DNA of 64,000 bases from Gloeobacterales cyanobacterium. GTDB lineage: Bacteria; Cyanobacteriota; Cyanobacteriia; Gloeobacterales; PMM-0068. Shown here piece after piece: positions 49,864 through 58,473 of the stretch (within the stretch, counting starts at the first letter, position 1; each line of letters begins with the position of its first letter). The notes below the pieces were generated by a model. That model saw nothing but the letters and a program-made list of their open reading frames with translations, made no database searches and was not told the DNA's origin. Position numbers and translations under genes: made by a program. The stretch covers positions 224,001 through 288,000 of the forward strand of contig JBBRSB010000001.1 in the NCBI GenBank assembly GCA_038245785.1. The letters are read 5' to 3'.

Positions 49864-50862
49864 ATGCTTCAGGAAGAGTTACATGAGCGGTTGTATCTAG
49901 AGCAACTGCTTCAGGCCGCGCCGTCCTCCGTCCTTGAAAGGGATGAAGAGGTGGTCAAAGGCTTGAGTCAAGTCCCAAAAACGCTCCCACCGCGTTACTT
50001 CTATGACGACCGAGGATCGGAGTTGTTTGAACAGATATGTGGTCTCCCAGAGTACTATCCGACCCGCACAGAAGCTTCGATTTTGCAGCATTGCGCGTCC
50101 ACTATCGCCAAGATGACTGGCCCCTGCGAACTCGTAGAATTGGGCAGTGGAAGCTCCACCAAGACCCGGATTCTGCTCGATGCCTATGGAGTTTTGGGCT
50201 ATCCTTTGCATTATTTGCCGATTGATGTCAGTGCAGGCATTCTTGAAGAGAGTGCCTTACAGCTACTCAAGTCTTATCCAACGCTGCAGGTGCATGGGGT
50301 TGTCAGCACCTTTGACCTGGCCTTAGAAAAATTAGCTCCTTCTCCCTTACCCACCCGGATGCTCTGTTTTTTGGGCAGTACCTTGGGCAATCTTAATCCT
50401 CAAGAATATGACCAATTCTTTACCCAAACGGTGGATGCCCTCGACACGGGTGAGTATTTCTTGTTGGGTGTAGATCTCCAAAAGCCCAAAGCTATCCTGG
50501 AGGCTGCCTATAACGATAGTCAAGGGGTTACGGCTGCTTTCAACCTAAATATACTCAGTCATCTCAACCGAAAATTTGTTGGCAATTTCAATCTGGCCCA
50601 GTTCCGACATAGAGCTTTCTACAATGAATCTCTGCAGCAAATAGAAATGCATTTAGAAAGTTTGATTGACCAAGTGGCCTATCTGGAGACGCTAGACCTG
50701 AAGGTGACTTTTGAAGCAGGAGAAACCATCCTGACAGAGATTTCTCGGAAATTTGATCTAGAAACTATTCAAAAAGATCTTGCGGCCAAGGGATTAATTC
50801 CCTTGCAGACCTGGACAGACCCGAATCATTGGTTTGGTCTTACCCTGTGCCAAGTGCGTTAA
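49864..50862 (+). CDS. egtD: L-histidine N-alpha-methyltransferase (ergothioneine synthesis)
   Basis: YFYDDRGSELFEQI, PEYYPTRTE, ELGSGSSTKT, AYNDSQGVTAAFN, TEISRKF. Confidence 0.95.
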   Translation: MLQEELHERLYLEQLLQAAPSSVLERDEEVVKGLSQVPKTLPPRYFYDDRGSELFEQICGLPEYYPTRTEASILQHCASTIAKMTGPCELVELGSGSSTKTRILLDAYGVLGYPLHYLPIDVSAGILEESALQLLKSYPTLQVHGVVSTFDLALEKLAPSPLPTRMLCFLGSTLGNLNPQEYDQFFTQTVDALDTGEYFLLGVDLQKPKAILEAAYNDSQGVTAAFNLNILSHLNRKFVGNFNLAQFRHRAFYNESLQQIEMHLESLIDQVAYLETLDLKVTFEAGETILTEISRKFDLETIQKDLAAKGLIPLQTWTDPNHWFGLTLCQVR

Positions 50863-51161
50863 CCCCTCAGTCCCTGCGGGACAGCTCCCCTGGGAGGGGA
50901 GCCTGTTTTGGGAGCAGAAGGATTGATTGGATTTTAGATGCAGATACTGCTAGAGCGATGGCTTACTTCCTCATGCCTGAAAGGGACTACTTGCGGGTTT
51001 AAACTTTCTAAAATCGCTGTGCGGTGAGCATCGTTTGAGCTTGCTTGCATCCCCACTGTTCTAACTCTACACCTGTAGTTTTCTCTTCCCAGAAAAGGCT
51101 CCCCTTTGTAGGCGAAGCCTTCCCGAAGGGTGGGGAGCTGTCCCGCAGGGACTGAGGGGTT
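50861..51161. repeat. MITE/REPIN-like element with perfect 30-bp terminal inverted repeats
   Basis: AACCCCTCAGTCCCTGCGGGACAGCTCCCC (50861-50890) and its exact reverse complement (51132-51161). Confidence 0.85.
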
Positions 51162-51487
51162 GGGGGAGCTAAGAATTCTGATAGGCTGTGTCATCTAAAA
51201 TGGCTCAAGTACAAATGTGCGTCAAACGGCCTTCATCAAGTGCAAACAATCACTAAATAGACTTCTGAATTGAATAATTTAATTCCTCAAACCCCTGCTG
51301 GTAGAGAATATCAAAGCAAAAATATAGACAAAGACAACTCAAGTACAAACGCATGTCAAACCCTCTTGATTGATATCCTAGGGAGTCTTCAGCCGCACTT
51401 TAGAAAGCGCACTGTTTTTTCGAGCATACTTAGTTCAGTAGCCCAAAAGACTAAAGCGCTACTACATCACGTCCACCGAGGTCCGTC

Positions 51488-51892
51488 ATGCTCATCCACA
51501 CCCAACCCGCGCCCAATTTTACTTCTGGAATGTCTATGGTCCTTACCCCACAGGCTTTCTATGAAGCTTACTGCTGGGTGGTCTTTAGCCGTGCTATTGG
51601 AGAGAGCCAATTGGTAGAAATATGGCCAGACTTGATCCAAACCTACAGTGGCTTTGACCCCTGTACCGTTGACCAATACACGGCGCCTGCGGCCCAAGAA
51701 TGGGTCCCTGCTGAGGCTACTTTAGGACCCAATCAATGTGCTCTGATGATTCAGCTTTTTGGCTGGGAGCAATTTAAGCGTCAATTCATCAGTACGGGCG
51801 ACCCTAACCAATCATTGGCGGCGCTCCATGGTTTGGATTGGATGAGTGTCCAGCAGTTAGGTCGTCTTCTAGATATGGACTGGGCTGACTAA
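51488..51892 (+). CDS. Hypothetical protein, tandem paralog A (134 aa)
   Basis: About 71% identical by manual count to 52150-52554; GAGG RBS. Confidence 0.8.
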   Translation: MLIHTQPAPNFTSGMSMVLTPQAFYEAYCWVVFSRAIGESQLVEIWPDLIQTYSGFDPCTVDQYTAPAAQEWVPAEATLGPNQCALMIQLFGWEQFKRQFISTGDPNQSLAALHGLDWMSVQQLGRLLDMDWAD

Positions 51893-52149
51893 GACTCTCA
51901 TTTAGCGCACAAAGCATTAAGAGGAGGAAATGACCTGTTTGGGTGAATAGAGTGAAGACCACAAATCAGGTCGGCTGGCCCGCACTTCTACGCAAGGTGC
52001 AGACAAGTACACATCTTCGCCATACCCTCTTGATGTACATCTTAGATACTCTTTATGGGTAACTTAGAGAATAGATTCCCGTTTGGGGACTATAAGAATG
52101 TAGCCAAATTGACCAAACCTTGGTTGCGTATTATCTGCAGAGACCTGCC

Positions 52150-52554
52150 ATGCTCCTTCATACACAGCCCGCAACCAATTTTTCCTCCGGTACTCCTCTG
52201 GGCCTGACGCCACAGACCTTTTATGAAGCTTATTGCTGGGTAGTTTTCAGTCGGGCCATGGGTGAAAGCCGACTGTCCGAGGCATGGCCGGATTTGGTCC
52301 AGATCTACAGTGATTTTGACCCTTGCACCATCAATCAGGCCGTAGCCCAAGAAGCAGAAGAGTGGGTGGAGCCCGATGCTGCCTTGGGACCAAGCCAATG
52401 TGCTCTGATGATTCAACTTTTGGGCTGGGAGCAGTTTAGTCGCCAATTTATCAAGACGAGCGACCCGAAACAGACTTTAACAGCCCTGCGTGGTTTGGAC
52501 TGGATGAGTGTTCATCAGTTAGGACGTCTTTTGGATCTGGAGTGGGCTGAGTAG
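52150..52554 (+). CDS. Hypothetical protein, tandem paralog B (134 aa)
   Basis: Same length and motif order as paralog A. Confidence 0.8.
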   Translation: MLLHTQPATNFSSGTPLGLTPQTFYEAYCWVVFSRAMGESRLSEAWPDLVQIYSDFDPCTINQAVAQEAEEWVEPDAALGPSQCALMIQLLGWEQFSRQFIKTSDPKQTLTALRGLDWMSVHQLGRLLDLEWAE

Positions 52555-52601
52555 CTTGGCTAGCGTATTCTGTGCGTCCAAGTTGCTATTTCCATGGGGA
52601 G

Positions 52602-55600
52602 TCAGTTCACCTTTGCTTTGAAGCGCATGAACCCATAAGAGGTAGAAGGCGTGCCGGGGCCTGTAGACGTAGGAACCGTACCCGCGTTGACAAAGGCTGC
52701 ACCCCTACTATTGTTTGTCCCTGTACAGGCTGAATCAAAGGGACCTGGGTCTGCTATAAACTTTCCTTGATCGCTATCAGCAAGGTCCGTAAGGTTCGTA
52801 GGAGCACTAGAACCTATGGCCAGTTGGAGATTATTAGCTACATACGTACTATTGCCTGGAACGAAATCACAGAGTTTCACGTTGCCAGCATCCCTGCCCC
52901 CATCAGAAAGGAAGTAGATAGTGTATTCGACCTCATCATTGGGACGGGCATCACTGCGATTGATCACTCCTGGGAGAAAAGGACTGAAATTAGGATTGCT
53001 GCCTGGTCCAGGGTCTAGAGTCGCGGTGACCAAGGCGGGGAGATTGGGCCAGCCGGAAGCATTATCATCACTACTGCCTGTTCCACTGTTCACATCTATA
53101 TAGGTTGTGGCAAGGACATTGAGACCATCGCGGTTGATGGCAGTAATACGCTTTACCAGACGGACATGGGGAGGAGAGGCCGTAAAAGTTACGGTCGCAC
53201 TGCTCGTACCGCCAGTACCCCCGTTGCTTGAACTGATATTGCCAGTCGTGTTGTTGTAGATTCCTGCCGTTGGTGCGGTGACATTGACTAAGACGGTGCA
53301 GGTGCCACCGACTGTGATCGAACCACTAGAAAAGGAGATAGAGGCACTGCCTGCCGCTGGGCTGAAGGTTGGGGTGCCACAGCCGCTCGTGCTGGCATTG
53401 GGCGCTGTGGCTACGACCATCGCTCCGGGAGTGGTTGGGAAGGTGTCGCTGAATTGAACCCCGGTTAAAGTTGTGGATGCATTGGGATTGGTCAGCGCAA
53501 ATCGGAGGGTTGTCGGACTTCCTGCTGGAACCGAGTCAGGCAAGAAGGTTTTGGTAATGGTCGGTGGGGAAAGCGCGGTGAGACTGTCTGCTGCCGTACT
53601 CCCCGTACCGCCATTGGTCGAACTCACCGTGCCACTGATATTGCTGTAGCTTCCTGCGGTGAGCGCTACTATGTCCACCTTGACTGTGCAGGTGGCATTG
53701 GCGGCAAGGGTTCCTCCTGAGAAAGAGATAGAGAGACTGCCTGCCGTGGGCACGAAGGTGGGTGTTCCACAACCACTGGTACTGGCGTTAGGCGTAGGGG
53801 CCACTACCATAACTCCCGGAATCGTTGGGAACGTATCACTGAAGGCCACCCCCGTCAGGATGGTGGATGGATTCGGATTGGTGAGGGTGAACGTCAAGGT
53901 AGTAGGAACACTTATAGCCACTGAGTTAGGAGAAAAACTTTTGCTAATCGTCGGTGGGGCTGTACTTACTACCGTTAGCGTTGACGTTGCTGCTACTCCT
54001 GCTCCTGTGTTGGCGGTAGTGACTGTGCTACTGGTGTTGTTATAGGTGCCTGCGGTTGGGGCTGTTATATTCACGGTGACCGTGCAGCTTTCACCCCCGG
54101 CAAGCGTGCCCCCTGAAAAGGCAACAGACGCACTGCCTGCCGTGGGCGCGAAGGTCGGTGTTCCACACCCAGAAGAAGTACTCGCGGCAGGAGTAGAGGC
54201 CACTTTCATCGCTCCTGGAGTAGTCGGGAAAGTATCGGAGAAGGCAACGCTGGTTAAGGCTGTGGTTGCATTTGGATTGGTAACGGTAAAGGTCAGTGTT
54301 GATGTACCGTTTGTTCCAATAGTGCTTGGAGTAAAGGTTTTATTGAGGACGGCTGGGGCCAATGTAAACAAAGTCGCACTGGCTGTATTACCTGTGCCTC
54401 CGTTGGTAGAACTCACCGCGCCACTAATGTTGCTATAGGTTCCTACGGCTGGCGCGGTTATGTTGACGTTGACCGTGCAGGTGCCCCCACCCGCGATTGA
54501 GCCATTGGAAAATGAGATAGAAGTGCCGTTTGCGGCTGGGCTGAAAGTCGGAGTCCCACAGCCGCTTGTACTCGCACTGGGTGTAGCAGCGACTTTCATC
54601 GCTCCTGGCGAGGTGGGGAAAGTGTCAGAGAAAGCCACCCCCGTTAGGGTGGTAGAGGGATTTGGATTGCTAATCGTGAATCGGAGGGTGGTCGTCCCGC
54701 CTGGTGCAACGGCATTGGGAACAAAGGCTTTAGTGATAGAGGGTGGGACTACTGCCGATACAGTGAGCGTAGCGCTGGCAGTGGTTCCTGTCCCTGCGTT
54801 TGTGGTACTCACCCCACTACTCGTGTTGTTGTAGGTTCCTGCGGCGGGTGCCGTGATAGCTACACTCACCGTGCAGGTACCTCCAGCCACTATCGAACCG
54901 CCGGAGAAAGATATGGATGCGTTGCCTCCAGTTGGCGTAAAAGTTGGCGTACCACAGCCATTGGTCGTGGCATTGGGCGTTGCAGCCACTCCCATTGCTC
55001 CAGGCGTCGTCGGGAATGTATCGGTGAAGGCCACGCCTGTTAAGGGCGTTAATGTATTGGGATTGGTGAGCGTGAAGGTGAGGGTCGAGGTTCCTCCAGC
55101 CAGGATGGGAGATGGAGAGAAGGCTTTTGTGATACTGGCAGGAGTAAGCACCGCTAAAGTAGCTGTATTACTGACTGCTCCTGCTCCTACGCCCGTCTGC
55201 GTAGTCGTTGCACCGCTGCTGGTATTGGCGTAGCTGCCTGAAGTCGCTGCAGTAACAACCACGGTAATCGTACAGGTCCCTCCCGCAGCAAGATTGCCAC
55301 TATTTAAGCCGACATTACTATTGCCTGCGGCTCCCCCTGTGCTCGTTCCACCGCAGGTATTGCTTAGCGCGGGTGTGGAGGCAATTACTAACCCGGAGGG
55401 AAAGGTATCGCTGAAGGTTACCCCTGTGAAAGAGGTAGCTGTGGCATTGCTCAGCGTCAAGGTCAGGGTCGAAGTAGCATTAGGTGCAATCGGACTTGTA
55501 GAAAAAGACTTGCTGATGGTGGGCGCACCGACGCTATTAGCAATGGTGGTTGTGTTGTTTGTGAGACTCGGATCCAAAGTGGTGCTAGAAGCTGTAGCCG

Positions 55601-56687
55601 TATTACTGACGCTATTCGGGGCTACTGCTGTCACGGTAACGGTAATCGTGATGTCTGGCAAACTGGCACCGCTAACTACACTGGCCGTATTGTTCGTACA
55701 GGTAACTACCTGTAAAACAGCACTACAGCTCCAGTTGGTCCCTGTGCCGGAGACATAGGTGAGGCCGATAGGAAGCGTGTCTTTAACCGTAAAAGGACCG
55801 CTGGCACTCTGAGGACCGCTATTGCTAACTTTGAGGGTATAGCTGCCATTGGTTGACCGTGGAAACATAGGGCTGGAGGCAGTCTTGGTAATCGAAATGT
55901 CAGCAAATTTTGTGATGGAACCGAGGTCAGTTAGGCCAGCTACAGTACTACCAATTATCGAACTTCCACCACTCGGATTGATCCGAATAAGGTTGGTTCC
56001 AGAGGTACCGTATAGAAGGCTATCAGAGCCGTAGACCAAACCTGTGACGCTCGCGGCTGCTCCGGTGGCCGTTGCTATCGTCGGCAGGGAGGGAGGCGAA
56101 CCGCTGGGAGGAACTGAAATAGTTCCCTGTACTGCATACAAGTTGGTGCCAGTCACGATAAAAAGCTGGCCTGCAGATGAAAACGCCATGTCTCCACCGC
56201 CGTTCAAGGGGGGACCTGATACAGAAGCAACCAGGGTTGGGGCCCCTGTTGTTAAGTCAACGGTGTAAATATTATTTGTGGCCGGATCCATTGTGAATAA
56301 AATACCATCCGACCTAAACGTAAGCCTGTTGGTACCAAATCCGAGTGAGGCACTTAGGACAGTATTCAAGCCTGTAGTAGGGTCCCAGTAGGCAGGCTTG
56401 CCAGGACTGGCAGCCGAGTCAACATAATAGATTCTTCCTGTAACAGGGTCTCTAGCAATTCCATTGGTACTGTAAGAAAAAGTTCCGACTGAAGTAGTGG
56501 CTGCTGTACTTGGATCAATGGTGTAGATCGTAGTGCCATTAGTGCCGTAAATAATGTCATCGCGTGGAGGAGAAGCTGCTTCTACTATCCTCGCACTCAA
56601 GCCAAACCAGACCATCCATAAGGCAAGACAGACTAGGGAATGAGAAAAGAGTTTTTTGAGTGCACCTTGATTTCTAAAAAGAGGCAT
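52602..56687 (-). CDS. Large secreted protein: propeller-like head, DUF11 domain, six ~130-aa Ig-like repeats, conserved C-terminal domain
   Basis: Signal peptide; repeats P.I.K.F.P...TLTF.LTNPN...F.DTFP...GCG...TC.V.V...Y.N; ends YGFMRFKAKVN. Confidence 0.88.
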   Translation of the reverse strand: MPLFRNQGALKKLFSHSLVCLALWMVWFGLSARIVEAASPPRDDIIYGTNGTTIYTIDPSTAATTSVGTFSYSTNGIARDPVTGRIYYVDSAASPGKPAYWDPTTGLNTVLSASLGFGTNRLTFRSDGILFTMDPATNNIYTVDLTTGAPTLVASVSGPPLNGGGDMAFSSAGQLFIVTGTNLYAVQGTISVPPSGSPPSLPTIATATGAAASVTGLVYGSDSLLYGTSGTNLIRINPSGGSSIIGSTVAGLTDLGSITKFADISITKTASSPMFPRSTNGSYTLKVSNSGPQSASGPFTVKDTLPIGLTYVSGTGTNWSCSAVLQVVTCTNNTASVVSGASLPDITITVTVTAVAPNSVSNTATASSTTLDPSLTNNTTTIANSVGAPTISKSFSTSPIAPNATSTLTLTLSNATATSFTGVTFSDTFPSGLVIASTPALSNTCGGTSTGGAAGNSNVGLNSGNLAAGGTCTITVVVTAATSGSYANTSSGATTTQTGVGAGAVSNTATLAVLTPASITKAFSPSPILAGGTSTLTFTLTNPNTLTPLTGVAFTDTFPTTPGAMGVAATPNATTNGCGTPTFTPTGGNASISFSGGSIVAGGTCTVSVAITAPAAGTYNNTSSGVSTTNAGTGTTASATLTVSAVVPPSITKAFVPNAVAPGGTTTLRFTISNPNPSTTLTGVAFSDTFPTSPGAMKVAATPSASTSGCGTPTFSPAANGTSISFSNGSIAGGGTCTVNVNITAPAVGTYSNISGAVSSTNGGTGNTASATLFTLAPAVLNKTFTPSTIGTNGTSTLTFTVTNPNATTALTSVAFSDTFPTTPGAMKVASTPAASTSSGCGTPTFAPTAGSASVAFSGGTLAGGESCTVTVNITAPTAGTYNNTSSTVTTANTGAGVAATSTLTVVSTAPPTISKSFSPNSVAISVPTTLTFTLTNPNPSTILTGVAFSDTFPTIPGVMVVAPTPNASTSGCGTPTFVPTAGSLSISFSGGTLAANATCTVKVDIVALTAGSYSNISGTVSSTNGGTGSTAADSLTALSPPTITKTFLPDSVPAGSPTTLRFALTNPNASTTLTGVQFSDTFPTTPGAMVVATAPNASTSGCGTPTFSPAAGSASISFSSGSITVGGTCTVLVNVTAPTAGIYNNTTGNISSSNGGTGGTSSATVTFTASPPHVRLVKRITAINRDGLNVLATTYIDVNSGTGSSDDNASGWPNLPALVTATLDPGPGSNPNFSPFLPGVINRSDARPNDEVEYTIYFLSDGGRDAGNVKLCDFVPGNSTYVANNLQLAIGSSAPTNLTDLADSDQGKFIADPGPFDSACTGTNNSRGAAFVNAGTVPTSTGPGTPSTSYGFMRFKAKVN

Positions 56688-56905
56688 AAATCCAAAGCAA
56701 AAGGCAGCCTTAAGTTAGTGTGCCCAGTTATTCTCCGTAAATATACGGGTTAGAGTCTAGGCATAGATGCTTCAAGGCCCCTCTACTTTTATAGATGCGT
56801 TGAATTCATTTCTATCAATGCTTATAGAGGTTGAGTAGAGCAGTATACTTTGCAAGTCCCATTTTTCAGCCTATTATAGTCCCATAATATTTCTTCATTA
56901 GTGCC

Positions 56906-57115
56906 ATGCGTACTCACATTGATATCGACGATGTCTTGCTCGATGAAGCTCGCGCCCTAGGAGGCTATACCACGATTAAAATGGCGGTGAATGTTGCTCT
57001 AGTTGAGCATGTCAAGCAGTTAAAGCGACAGGAACTTCTACGCCTTCGTGGTCAGATGCATTGGCAAGGCGATCTAGACTTCCTAAGAGCTGAACGGAAA
57101 TCCAATGCTGGTTGA
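56906..57115 (+). CDS. vapB: VapB antitoxin (DUF2191-like)
   Basis: MRTHIDIDDVLLDEA...VNVAL...LRGQMHWQGDL. Confidence 0.88.
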   Translation: MRTHIDIDDVLLDEARALGGYTTIKMAVNVALVEHVKQLKRQELLRLRGQMHWQGDLDFLRAERKSNAG

Positions 57116-57491
57116 TACCTCCGTTTGGATCGACTATCTGAATGGCTATGATTCTCTCCAAGCCGACCTTTTGGCTAAAGCAATCGCAGAGGATGCATCT
57201 ATTGTTTTATGTGGGGTAGTTTTGACTGAAATCCTACTGGGTCTCCCGGAAGACGAAGCCAGCCGTATTGAAAACCTCCTAGAAGCTTTTCCGCTGGCTC
57301 CCGAACCTGAGCGACAGGATTATTGCGCTGCTGCTCATCTTTACCGAACCTGTCGCAGCAAAGGCATTACGGTCCATTCTGTGATCGATTGTCTGATTGC
57401 CCAAATCTCCCTCAAGCATAATTACCCCCTGCTTTCTAAAGATCGAAACTTCGTGCAAATTGCACGGTATTTCCCCTTACAGCTTTGCTAA
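57105..57491 (+). CDS. vapC: VapC PIN toxin
   Basis: MLVDTSVWIDY, EILLG, IDCLIAQ, LSKDRNF. Confidence 0.92.
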   Translation: MLVDTSVWIDYLNGYDSLQADLLAKAIAEDASIVLCGVVLTEILLGLPEDEASRIENLLEAFPLAPEPERQDYCAAAHLYRTCRSKGITVHSVIDCLIAQISLKHNYPLLSKDRNFVQIARYFPLQLC

Positions 57492-57496
57492 CCCAC

Positions 57497-57538
57497 CTCT
57501 AGTTTCTCTGGATGCTATGATTTCTATAGAAACTAGAG
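57497..57538 (+). promoter_or_regulatory. Inverted-repeat operator/promoter of the second TA pair
   Basis: CTCTAGTTTCT-N20-AGAAACTAGAG enclosing an extended -10 (TGCTATGAT) and the palindrome TTTCTATAGAAA. Confidence 0.6.
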
Positions 57539-57547
57539 AATATAGAA

Positions 57548-57889
57548 ATGGGTAAAGGAAAGACTATCTCTGCGTACACTGATGAGCAAACGGCGCTCAG
57601 AGTGGGCGAGTTGGCCACGCAGGAGCAGCGCAAACCAGCGCAGATTGCGGGCGCGGCGCTCAAATTGTATGTACAGTTGCCACCAGAAGCCCGCGAAGCC
57701 TTTCGGGCTATCGAACAGCAGGGAGGTCCAGCCCTCAAGTTGATGCGACGCGAAGTGACTCGCGCTTTGCTGAATGCTCAGTACGATTGGGCTAAGCAGC
57801 AGGCTATCCAGGCCATGAATGCTCCGGCGGTAGAACTTGAAAGTGAGGATGAGCTGTTGGCTGAGGCGGTGAGACTAACACGCTCGTGA
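57548..57889 (+). CDS. Putative RHH-type antitoxin
   Basis: KTISAYTDE..ALRV strand-helix start, acidic C-terminus, GTGA overlap with the PIN gene. Confidence 0.65.
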   Translation: MGKGKTISAYTDEQTALRVGELATQEQRKPAQIAGAALKLYVQLPPEAREAFRAIEQQGGPALKLMRREVTRALLNAQYDWAKQQAIQAMNAPAVELESEDELLAEAVRLTRS

Positions 57890-58473
57890 GCAGCATTCTA
57901 CGCCTGTGTCTGGATCTCAACATTTGGTGTGGAGACCTCATTGCTGAGCAGCATGGTCGCACGGATACAGCTACGCGCAAGCTTGTCGAGATGGTGCGTG
58001 CTGGGCAAGGTTCGCTTGGCCCCGTGCAACTAATCATTTCTTGGGGGATGATCAATCGGTTGCGCAAGGTGTATGTACAGGATCTACACATTCCAGCATC
58101 CGTGGCCGATACTTTACTGGGGGCGATTGCTGGCTATGCCGCTGTCGGACCGGCTGGGACTCCGCCGACCCTAACCTTGGGTGGTACGGGTGTGATACCG
58201 CTTGCTGATACTGAAGATGCCCATGTGCTAGAGACCTGCATAGCGGCCAAGGCCCATATCCTAGTGACCGCGAACTTTGCTGACTTTCTGACGGGCGGCA
58301 CAACAGGTGCGACTGTACTCGAAGCAGGTCGGATTGCTTTCTACACGGACCCTAGTGGTAGTCTGCTCATTGCCCATCCCTATGTGATGGCAGGCTGGCT
58401 CAGGCAAGGGCAGATCCTACTCCCTGACGGCAAGCAATGGGAGGTCAATTCACCTTCGCCAGGAAGCGAATGA
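57886..58473 (+). CDS. PIN-domain protein (PIN_3-like)
   Basis: LCLDLNIW, DTEDAHVLETC, LVTANFADF. Confidence 0.8.
   Translation: MSSILRLCLDLNIWCGDLIAEQHGRTDTATRKLVEMVRAGQGSLGPVQLIISWGMINRLRKVYVQDLHIPASVADTLLGAIAGYAAVGPAGTPPTLTLGGTGVIPLADTEDAHVLETCIAAKAHILVTANFADFLTGGTTGATVLEAGRIAFYTDPSGSLLIAHPYVMAGWLRQGQILLPDGKQWEVNSPSPGSE

Noticed and set aside
51920..52001. Two hairpins (GACCTG...CAGGTC and GCAC...GTGC) between the tandem paralogs
   Set aside because: Could be a terminator or chance pairing; no known RNA motif recognised.
53536..56268. Series of plus-strand Val/Pro/Ala-rich ORFs
   Set aside because: Antisense shadows of the Thr/Gly/Ser-rich repeat protein.
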